The translations under genes and the position numbers were made by a program. This document shows, in pieces, positions 15,601-27,600 of a stretch of DNA of 64,000 bases; position 1 is the stretch's first letter, and each line of letters begins with the position of its first letter. The stretch covers positions 18,104,001-18,168,000 of the forward strand of contig OZ004608.1 of the NCBI GenBank assembly GCA_963924565.1. Direction: 5' to 3'. This stretch comes from Ascidiella aspersa (Eukaryota). Under the pieces are notes generated by a model. That model had not been told where the DNA came from. It saw nothing but the letters and a program-made list of their open reading frames with translations, and did not search any database.

Positions 15601-18600
15601 CTTTGGCGGAGTCCAAGAACAAGCTTTGTAATGACTAACTAAGTTCATTTATATTAAAATGACTGACTTGTTAAGTTTTTAGAAAGTAAGTGAATTCATT
15701 CATTGCTTTTCGTTTAAGTAAAACAAGTGAAAACACGTTAAACACAATCGAATGTGAGGTATTTTTATAAGCAGAGTGGCATCCAAGACTGAGAGCCTTT
15801 TAAAGGAGGTCACGAAGCATATAAGGTTGAGAACCACGTGAGTCTAACCTCAGAACAGGCTAGACTTTTCTACCCCAGTCACTTAACTTATCAACTAATT
15901 TAGGTTAGCCCCTCTGAAGGCCCCACACCAAAATATGTATTGGCACTTATCATTTTAGGCCGTTCACAAAAGTTATTTTAAGTCGTACGAAACCAGTAAA
16001 CTCGTTATTGTTGACTTCTAGCGGATTAACAATTTTACGACTAATGGGAAAACTACAAACCAATGAAGTTTGGAAATTGGGGTGTCATTTTCACAAATAA
16101 TCAACATTCAATTTAGACATACTAAAAAGCCTGTTCGGTTGTCTACGATATTTATAAATTGTTTAAATGACAAAGCAAGTCCTTCGCTTGAAATAAAATC
16201 CATTCTTAGAAAAGCTACAGTAGGTATTAAACTTGACATGACATTTGCCAAGTTTTTGATATAAATTTCTAACGATAACTGTATTCCGCACACTATAAAG
16301 ATGACGATGGCAGCAGCTGGATTTATTTCTAACATTAAAAACTTGTTATATTGGGAATATATCAAAATGTAATTGCGAAGGACTTAATTACCTGCAGCAC
16401 TGTGGTGTCCGTCATAGGTTGCAAGGTGACTAGTTCCACCCAGAGCCCGAGAAGGATGTTGAGTTTGTTGTAAAGCTGCAGTATCGTGCGGTTCTTCGGC
16501 CCCTTGTAATGCGCGCGCTTCATTCTGGTGCTAGCTGTGCTTGCAAGCTCAGCTGCCAAAACATAGTAAGATACTGTTTAGCACAAAAAGGCGTACAATT
16601 CGCACTGACTATTTATTTATGAAAACACTCTCAGTTGTCCTAATTTGAAAGTCCTAACGGATGAACCCAAACCTGGCTTTGGTGACCAGGAAGAAATTTT
16701 AATGGAAAACTATATCTAACTGTAAAAGTAAGCGGCTTCTTTTTGACAATTGCGTATGAAAGGTTGTTTATGTCTTTTGAAATACATTGAACACAGCCGT
16801 AATTGTCATCACAATAAAAAGGTGGATAAGTAGAAATCGATGGCACGTCGGTAAGGTGTACCTCATGCCAAGCATGTTCGTTACATCAACTAAAATGAAA
16901 CAATAATGTTCGAAATGTGACATATGTTGTGCACAAACAACATACAAGATACATGAAGTGATGTGTTGCATATCTTGCATGTTTACTATTTTTTAAGAAA
17001 CACATCAACAAAACATTGTAATTTCCTTTAAGTTTACATGGAAAATTTAATGCAGCAATTGTTATACTTGTCGCACGTGTCAATTGAAATCAGTTGGTGA
17101 TGGATTTATTTTATACATGATGCGGCAACTGACTCAACGCCTACCTTTTCCGCCTTTCTTTTTCCCGGGTGTGGAAGTAAGGTTTGGCGAGCGGTAGACC
17201 AGGTCGTACTCCGGGTAAATGGTGTTGGAGAGCTGCTGGCGAAGCAACTGGGCGCTCCTCTCCATTATGTCGTCGAGGTAGACGGCTTTGGGCATGTTGT
17301 GGGCTGTGAGCACGTGCATTGCTGCCAGCGCCGCTTCCGTTGAGCCGTTAATGCGCTCAAGCTTCGACTCTCGGTTCCACTTTTGCTCCTCTGAGCTGTG
17401 ACCCTGTAAGGATGCTCGGTCAGTACGGAGATTGGACATTAGTGAACTGCTGAAAATTTTGTTATGCACGATTTGCTTTCTAAGTGAACAAAACAGATTC
17501 TACTGCGGGTTTAAAAAAATATGTTACACTCTTATAATTTTGGCGAATTGCTACCACTATACACGTATGTCAGTCGAGGAAGCTAGTGTGTAACCATCCT
17601 TAAAACAATATACTGGATAAGCTAGTACTTGTACTTACAGTAGGCTTTAATGGTCGAAGATGCACTCCGTCTCTTATATTGGGCTCCAAAATTGTAAGCA
17701 GGCGGACAAGTGATTTCTTCGGTAACTGAATAAAAAGACTTATAGCAAATGGAAAATTACGAAGGAAACACTGTTAAAGGTTAGAAATATAAAGCGCAAA
17801 TTGCATATAAAACGCGATTAAAGAAAGTTAAACAAAAAAAGTTTAACCGCTATTAGAAAAGGCTAAATAGTCTGACGGGTTTGATTGCCTCGTTTGATCA
17901 ATATTTACAGCAAAAAAGGGAATTTGGTTAGAAATTACAAGCTAAGTCTCCAATCCTAGTCAATTGAAAAAAAAATCCTTTTTAGTAATGATCTAGCTGG
18001 ACATATTTCGATTAATAGATAAATACGCTGGAATGAAAAACAATGACCTTAATTAAATGCCTTTGAGGCGAAAAGAAAGGTGTTTGGTTATTTTGTCTTA
18101 TAAGATAATTTGTTTAATGCCAAAATAACATAAAAAACATGGGAACTTCGGTGGATTAAGTTCTAAGAAGAAAGCATCTGACACCTATTAGATTTACGGT
18201 GTTTAGTAAAGAATAGTAAACAAATAAATTGTGTACCAAGGTTAGAACGTCTCAAGAAATGGTTTCAAGGCCTCACTCTAAACCTTTTTTCGAATTATGG
18301 CCTTTCCAAAAACATTGAGCTGGACTTGTTTAGTGAAATCTTAATATTTTGCAAAATGATAAGATATTAACCATAAAAACATGCAAAATTGCTCAGAAAA
18401 GTACGATATCGATAACCAGAGAGGTTTTATGTTGTTTTATAGCATTTTTGTATAGTATAACATAATTCCTATATGTAATGCATTGATTAAACAATATGTA
18501 ACATGCCACTGCCTCATGTAAAGAAAATAATGGTGACAGCTTAAAGGGTGTAATTCAGAATCAAGTAATTGGGTTCCCTCTGTCAACCACGTTTCGATAT

Positions 18601-21600
18601 TTACTTAGTGTTTGGCCTCTTGAACTACTGACTAACACACGCGATTTTGAGGGCTGCAATAAGGTTTTAAGTAACAAATGTTCGGGCGTTAAGCAGTAAA
18701 CATGGTAACATTGGTAAGCTGTACTTACTCCACAGAGGTGGCCAGTCGCCTTGAGTTTGGCCAATTCTCCACTCAGCTCTTGAAGCTTGGGCCTAGAAAG
18801 AATCAAGCACTGTGGAACAAGGGCTTTTTGGGAATTTCCCTCATCCATAGCCTCTGCTAATATCCTGGGGTCGATGGAATCCATGTTGTCAAAGATGGTG
18901 GAAATCATTTTGTTCATGTGGTGAAATAACCCAGCACCATCTAAGATGTTAATTTTTTTATCACGGTAGACAAATCAAGGCAATAGTTTTTCTACCTAGA
19001 AATACTTTTGGTTAAAAAGCATGTCAAAAAAGTAGTAATTTTGCTCTGGTGTCTTAAATAAAATGTCTCAATTCATTATCTCAAATTTTAAGTTGGAACC
19101 GGCAAGAGAGTTGACAGTCAAGCCCCATGTTTAATTAAAATAATGTAAAAACTTGTCATGTGAATCAGAGTTGAAGAAGCTATGGATTTGAGCAGTTTTT
19201 TAGTTTCATCAGTAAATACGGATATTTGTCTTACCTTCACTTTTAATCCGAGACTCCACAGCTTTCCTTCTTTCTCTTTTACGCATTTCTTCCTGGTGTG
19301 AACGTTTAGAGTCCGGAGAGCGAAAGCTTTCATCAGCAGAGTCATCACTTTGCATAGTGATAAGTCTGGCAGAAGATTCATGCTTCCGCTTTTGTCCTGC
19401 ACCATTGAGTAAAGAAATAATTTTTAGCAGAAAATATCACACAGGGTCAGTCTATAAGTAATTTTAAAAACAACTTCTTAGTTAAATATTTTTTTAATAA
19501 TTGAAGGTTAATATGTTATAATTAGGGCTATTAGTTTTTGACTTGTCAAAAAAAGGCAAAATTTTGTCAAAATTTACATGTTAGGTCAAAATTTGTCAAA
19601 AATTTTTCAAGTCAAAATCGAATAAAAATGCACGTAAATCGTTTACAAAAAAAAAAAAACTATAGTTAGCTTTTTGAAATTCGTCGTTCAGTTGTTTTGA
19701 AATTTATCGTTTAATTTTATCAAAACAAATTAGTTTTGATTTTTGTTCAAAGTCATTTTAACCGTATTATATATTTATTAGAGCAATATACGGTATAAAA
19801 ACGCGTGATTAACAACGCTTAGGTTATTTAAATCGATGTATTTCTAACAGGTCAAATTTTTGTCAAAATAAATTATTTTTAGGTAAAAATTTTAATTTTT
19901 CAGGTCAAAAAATAATCGCCCTAGTTATAATATTTGTTTTTTATCAATGCGATATATATTGCCTTTGCAACTAACTTCTAATAAACCAAATTTTATTCTA
20001 ACCAACTTTTAATAAAATAACTTAATCTAACAAAAACAAATCAAATAGGCGCAAACATCATTATTTTACCTTTAGTTTCATTCCGCTTTCGTTTCTTGTC
20101 TTTAATTCTGTCAGCCATCGAAGTGTAAGCACCAAAATCATTGTCATCCAGCAAATGCTTGGGAATAGCAGTGTCCGATGCAAATTTATTGACATCAATT
20201 TTATCGATAACCACAGATGGCTGATTGTAACTATCTCTTCTTTCCCTGCGGCCAGAGCCCACTTGAGCCTGGAATGGTTTGGGAGGTGGCTTTCTTTCTC
20301 TAAATCGCCGTCCTAGCATAAAGAAATACATATTTTTACTTTTTACAATTTTTTTTAGAAATTACAATCAAACATCAAACTTTAATAAAAAACTTTTGAG
20401 AGCCAGGCATTTTACAGTAAATAGATTTTATTAAATTGTTATTTCCTGTTTTAGAAATTCTGGACTATAATACTAAATTTTACAACAGTGATAACAATAA
20501 ACACTAGAGATAGACCGATATATCGCGAGCTTACCACTAATATCAGCCAATATTTGGCTTTTACCGATGTATCGGTATCAGTGAATGTAGGCCGATACTT
20601 TGGCCGATATTTTAGTACGAAAATATGATATAAATTTTCCTGTACAACAAACAACTTACCCATTTTTTAACAAAAAAAAATTGGGTTTTAGCATCACACC
20701 AAGTTAATATGCAAAATATTAGTTTAACAATTAATGAAAGTATATAATCTAAAACGTTATTTGGATTTTATTTTCAATTAATTCAATTTTTTAACATTTC
20801 TTAGGAATATAAAAAAAATCGGTATCGGTATCGGGTACCGGTTGACAAAATTGTAATAAATCGGTTATTGGTATCGGTCCAAAAAAGTGATATCGATCGA
20901 TCTCTAATGAACACTAATAAAAAATTAAGATTGTGTTGTGACAATCTACTTAAAAAAGGAAACAAGATTATCTAGCTTGGTAAATAAAAACTAAACAAAA
21001 AAAGGTTAAAATCAACATTAAAATCAGTTAGATCCATATTTAGTTGTTTTGTGAATCGACATTAAAACAACTAAATGAACCAGGTGATATCTACGTGAGT
21101 ATTATTATTGTTCAAAACATACAAATTAAATTTATTTGAGCTGTGTGCCAATAAAAAATACAAAGAATGGTCTCATCAAAAAATACCACAAAAGCTGGCT
21201 TAGGACAGCCGTTCTCAACCAGTGGGCCATGGCTCACTGGTGGGCCATAAGAACATTTGAGGTAGGCCACAGACCATTTTGAAAAAACTCAGATTTAGTT
21301 TCATTTTTTCGTTTGTGTCACTATATTTAATTTTACAGGAATAATGGCTTGGGGAGGAATTAAAAAGGAATGTAAATTTATTGTTCAGCCGCAAGAACCC
21401 CACTAATGCACGGTTGAATAAATAATCTGTTTTGAAATTGGTTTCTGCTGTGTTTTGTTCTAAACCTATTTTACAGTTTTTTCTTTCATAAAACTATTGG
21501 GCCACAGAATTTTTTTTCAACGTAAATGGGCCACGAAAGAAAAAAGGTTGAGAACCACTGGCTTAGGATGTCCATGACGATAAGATTTTTCATTTAAGCT

Positions 21601-24600
21601 TGTTAAATTGTTTACTGTCTACCTGTTGTTTTTTATTTTATTTTAATGGATATTAGCTTTTTACATCTGGCAACATAGAATTCCCATAATTTAGTGATTA
21701 GGAATGATATAAAAAAGCAGTGGGACTGCTAGGTCTGTCGCAAGCCTTACCAGTAGCACACTGAAAGAAAGTGACAAACCGCAAAAAAAACATAAAATCC
21801 TATATTTCTGAGTCTATATAAAGCTTTCAAAAGTTTTCATATTTAAATGCATTATCTAAAATGACATGTCATATAATTTTCCAACATATGCCTCAAAGCA
21901 TTGCCACAATGATATTAGATACTACTACTGTTTCAGATTTGTAAGTGACTGCTTGTTAAGGAATGTAATGAGAGGTTTTAATACAGTAAAAAATTGTGAA
22001 CATGAATGTTGTGTCCACTTGGGAAAAACAATCTTCATTTCATATTGCAGGTGGCGAAAGCGCTTGTAATTTAGCGAGCCCCGGACAAGGAACTTAGGAA
22101 ACTGCGCTGCTGAAAGTAGAAACATAATTCTACCAAAATTAATCACACATATTTCCCGGCCTTGTTTTACTTTTTCGCCTAAAGTTAACTGCACACAAAG
22201 CAGTTTCACAGCTTTGTGATTGCACACAAAGCAGTTTCACAGCTGGCCCCTAGCAAGAGTGTTTTAAAATGGTCGCTTTGCATCTTAAGTTTTGCTTTTG
22301 CTGGACATTAATTGGCTGTTTCTGAATAGTGTTTTTTCTATTTAAGACATCATACCATCACTTTTTTATGATGTCAATATTCGGTCATACGGAAAATAGG
22401 GAAATTCCCTAGTTGAAATTTGGGATCCCCCTTTTAGATTTCTGGATAGGCCTCTGGGCTTATAGGGCAGACATGGGCTACTTATTGTTACAGTTATACA
22501 CAGTTAGGTGCACTCTACAAAAATAAGTCACACTAACACTGGGAGAAAACCTAACATTTTGACAAGATGATTGTTTTGACAAACAGACAAAGCACAAAGG
22601 ACAGACAAACTGCTCAAAAACATATAAGGTATAGTACACCACAGCAACCACTACAAGCATGCAGTAAATCGTTTTAGAACAGCAGAAGTTATCAGATGTT
22701 CCACGAAAACAATATTATGGAAAAGCAACACAGCAAGCGTGTACGAACCAGTATTGTCAAGGGGATCTATAACAATTGCAGCATAACGCTTTCCATTCAT
22801 TGGCCATTTCGCCACAATCTCAGTGCCAGGTTGTAGTTCACCAAAGTCGTTAACTTCAGTATCATCCGGATAAAGGACATCTTTCAACTTATAAATGTCA
22901 GCCTCTTCAGCATCAGCAATAAACTTAACCCGGATGTGTTGTACACCTGGTTAAGTTTGTGTAAGCAAAAATCACAAACTATGCATTCAACTTGTAGTTA
23001 TGATAAGATTTTTTATACAAAGAAAAGGGGAATATATACAACAAATAAATACTAAAGAGCACACATCTAGTGCAGATATGCTGTCTAAAATTGCCTGAAC
23101 CTGAACCACCATAAATTTATAAAAACACAACTCCTCTTCAGATTATCCCAACATAAACAAAATCAGACAACATTATAAATATATAGTGCCAGTTCCTGGC
23201 GCTGAAGCTAAAACTAAACTCACAGACTTCAAGTAACCTGAATAATTAAAACTCAATAAAGAATATGGCCACAACCACAATTCACCTTACTTTTCTTGCT
23301 ATATCTGGGCAGACTACAACTTGCCTGGAAGGACGGTTATTAGTGAAACCATTTTCGGCTTGTCGTGCTTGGCAACTTGCATCTGGTCTCTTGGTCTAAA
23401 AGTATTGGGGCTGGTCTGCTGTGAGCCACTTGAACCAGAAACTACTCGAACTTTTGCTGCAATGCTGATAGGTTTTGACAACAACAGCACAGGATTATTT
23501 TTAAAATTATTTTGGCACTTGATGATATGATCACTGATTGTGGCAGCTTCTTTTTTTGTTGCATTCATGACCAACTACAAAACTCCTATTGCATAACTGA
23601 AACAAACAGAGAAAAATGAATTAATAAACTATGCAGGTAAACTAAAACTATCTGTTTCTGCAAAATGGCACTACAAACTGTTACACTCAAAATAGTAACT
23701 ACACTACATCCATAGAGGTTTTGATTTAAAAAACAACAGCAAAGGATTATTTTTTAATTATTTTGGCACTTGATGATATGATCACTGATTGTGGCAGCTT
23801 CTTTTTTGTTGCATTCATGGCCAACTAAAAAAAACCTATTGCATAACTGAAACAAACATAGAAAAATAAATTATTAAACTATACAAGTAAACTAAAATGA
23901 TCTGTTTCTGTAAAAATGCATTACAAACTGTTACACTTCAATAAAACAATCAACTTTACATAATATCAACTTAAGCCCATTTTGGTAAATTGCTGTTTTT
24001 AAGGAAATTTACAAAACATTATCAATAAACATGTTCTGTTGTTCACACTCCCATCTGTTAGTGTTTTATAAACCAGGATATTTTTTTGGATAACTTCTTG
24101 CCCTTTATAACATGCCTCAAAAACTGTGTCTCTCTGGATACCTGCTAAACATATTACTGGTTACTGCAATGCTCTTAGGTAAAAACCTTAAAACTATCTT
24201 TACTTTTAAAAATTGCATATTGTCAAAATAAAGGTAACTATAATTATAACAATTTTATGAAACAGCTGAGAGTCTATAATTTAAAGAAAATACGAAAGTG
24301 TTCAAACCTTTTCTTTTAAGATTTGAGCCATGGCTGGAGCTGGATATTGAAGAATGCCTACTTTTACCACCAGAAGAGGGGTGTGTCTACAAGGAAAGTT
24401 TGGTAAGTAAGCAAAGGCTTTGCAATGATATATTAATTACGCACAATTTTAAAGTTGGGTGATACAACCTACCAATGTTTATTATGTGTTTAAAGAAAAT
24501 GTTTTTGCACAAACAGGCTGTATTTACATTTTTTTAAGTTATAGTAACCTAGAGGTTCCCAAGCTGTGTGAGGTGACACTCTGGTGCATTGTTTAAATAT

Positions 24601-27600
24601 TTTAATGGCGTCACATACCGATTTTGTTTCTTATAAATTAATATTTTCTTCAACAAACAAATAAATAAATTGGCTTTTGTGAATATATTTAGGTGAAAAA
24701 ATATTTTGCTAAGTGTGTGACAGGTTAAACTTTTTTAAAGGAGTCACAAGAGTTTGAGAACCACTTTATTAACCCATTATGCCTCACCTGTGGAGCATTG
24801 CAATAATTCACAAGTGGATAAGGGGCATTTTCTTTTATCGTCCTTTTGGGAGCACTTGACATATGTACTTGACTGAGGCTGTCAGTTTTCACAGAAGGTG
24901 GTAGATGATGACTTTGAAAAGAGCTTTGTCTTGATTCTGTAGGTATGGGAACAGAAGAGACATCTTTAGTAGAAAAAGTGGCATGTAGCTGTCTACCTCC
25001 AGCAGGGACTTGCCGCTGTTGGGCGTTTGCAACCTCTTGAAGGTCTGGTTGAAAGTTTTGTTGAAGGTTAGCACGAGGAGAAATGAAACCGGGTTGCGTA
25101 ATATGAGATGAGAGTTTATTAGTCTCCAAGCCTTGGTTTCTTCCGCCTATTGCTTCACTATAAGGTGGAGGTTTAACAGGAGTATTTTGCACTGTTTGGT
25201 TGTGAAGTTGAGGTGTATATGCCACCTGCTGATTATCCCACAAGGATTGCTGCATATAGGAGTTTACTTGGGACTGTCCTGGAAGTAGATGTGAAGGGTA
25301 ACTCTGGGGAGAGACAAAACCTCCCTGTTGAGAAGACTGGTTGTACATGTTTGGCGAACTGAACATGTTTGGTGGGGTTCCAACATTGGAATATGGAAAA
25401 TGCTGGGCAAGTTGCTGTGGAGTAAATGTTGGAGATAAAAAATGGCTGGACGGAGTTCTGTGCTGTGGGTGCTGTGATTGCAAAGTAAAATTATGATTGT
25501 CTTGAGTGGAAGGTAACCTTTGCTGCTGAACCTGCTGTAGAGCTGGTTTGGGGGTTTCCCTCGGATGAATCATTGAATGCTTCTGTGTAGGATTCTGGAA
25601 GTCAGAGGGATTCCTGTGCTCAATTGCAGAAGTATTAGTCTTTGGTTTTGGTGCAGAAACAAAGCTATGAGAATTTCCCCTATCTTGTTTAAAATCTCTA
25701 GACTGGTGATTTGTTGCTTGTATAGTTTGAGGATGACTCTGTGGGATTTTATGAGGTCTGTGTCGGTTCTTTTCTTTTTCCAGTTTGCTGCTGTTAGGCA
25801 GTGCTTGCTGCTGCTGCACTGAAGCCGCATACTGGTTGTTAAACACTTGCTTTACCATCGCCACAGCAGCATCTTCAGCTTTCTTTTGTCCAGATTCACT
25901 TCCAGGTTTCTGTTTTGTTTCAGTTCTCGGAGAGGATGCTCCTACGATGGAAGAAACTTTGAAAGCTTGATCTGATTTGGATCCTGATGATTCGCTTGAA
26001 CCAGAGGTTTTCACTCGTGTGAGAGTCAACTTAATAGGTCCAACGGGATTGTTCTCAGGTTTATCAGAAGACACTACCCCATACTCAACAGGTTCATTTC
26101 CAGCACTTCTTTCTCCCCTATCTCTTGATTTACTTTTGTTTTTCTTTGTCCGCCTTTAAAAAAAAATTGATTTAAGAAAGAAAAAAAATATATTCAATTG
26201 AGGTAATAAAAAAGTTAGTCAAACACAACCTAACATAAAAAAAACATTTTAAAATAGCTGATAAAATGTTTTAGTACATGCCTTATTTTAAGGCAGATTT
26301 TTGGATTCTCTTCCTGCATTGCAGGTGTTTGTTGAATATTAGCTGCAGGTTCCTGAGTATTTTTTTCTTGATAGTAATTCTGCTTGGTCTCTTTCGATTG
26401 AGGTTGTTGTATAGACTAAAAACAGAAACACAACACAAAATTCATACAGCATTGTTAAAAGCAACTACAAAAGTGTAAGTGTACGCAGCAACTTACCTTT
26501 TCAAACTGTCTAGGATGCCTTGGCTGCGGGGCAACTGCTTGAACTGGCTTAGCAACAGGACGGTTGGTATTTCCTAAAGTTACATGGATTGCAATACCAA
26601 CTTTGAAAAATCACTTATATACATAATATAAAGGTTGCTCAATTTTCAAAAAGTTAAAAAAATGTAAGATTTTGCTCAATTTTCAAAAAATGTAAGATTT
26701 TTCCATTGTATGGACAAAATAAACGACTTTGGTAAAAAAATATATAAAAAAGTAGTTCATTTTTTATACACCTGGCATTCAAAGTTTGCCAGACAAAAAC
26801 ACCTAAATCATGGAATCCCGCTGTGAAACTTTTTATAAATAAAGCTCAAAATAATTTGTATATAGGCCAGTCAGGCAAGTGTCTTGCAATCAGCACTCAC
26901 CCTGACAAAATGAAAAGGGCTTTTTCGTGGGTATATAAACATAGTTCTTATATGGCCTGCCTTGATTGTTACTGCACTATTAAATGCATAAGACTTTATA
27001 TACCACTTGTGATAAATTGAGTCCAGTAGATTTAATAAAAACAACTAATTTTAGTTTGGGGCACTTTCCAGTTGGGTGAGTTGGTGTCAATCAGCAGTTG
27101 CATGGAGCAAATTGCACTAAATTGCCAACCATCCAGGTATTGTGTTTTTTTATTACAGAAGTCAATTTTTTTATCCATGTAATAAAAATGGCCTTGAAAA
27201 CCATACATTTTCAACCCTTGAGTGTATATATTATTGTTCATATATCTAACTAACCATGAAGTAGTGGATTAACTCTTGCACTTGCAGTTTGGTCATTCTG
27301 AAGAGGAAAAGATTGCAAAGGCCTAGCAACAAAACATTGTGAATTAAAAGGAGTATTACCGGGCAAACTGTTTTACAAGAAAAATAAATGTTTGATTACC
27401 CAGACACAGGGTGTTGGGAATGTTGTGTAAATCCTAAATGTCCAATGCTCTGATTAATACCTTGCTGAACCTGTCAAAAACAATTAAGATTCTTATCAGA
27501 AATTAGTATAGTTAAAGAACAATAAAAATATAAAAGGGTTTACCAAACAAACATTGACAATAAATAAACAGTTTTTATGAAAAAAAAGTTACCATATTTC

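Noticed and set aside
18914-20312. Dual-coding region: an alternative frame is open across exons 20070-20312 and 19235-19396 (ORF 19118..19405)
   Set aside because: It would be read only if the phase-shifting exon is skipped, ends at TGA 18914-18916, has no recognisable features, and is most simply a chance shadow frame or NMD product.
24725-26074. 449-aa ORF as an independent gene
   Set aside because: Bounded by splice sites (24788-26153) in phase with NIPBL exons; it is the large Gln/Pro/Ser-rich NIPBL exon.
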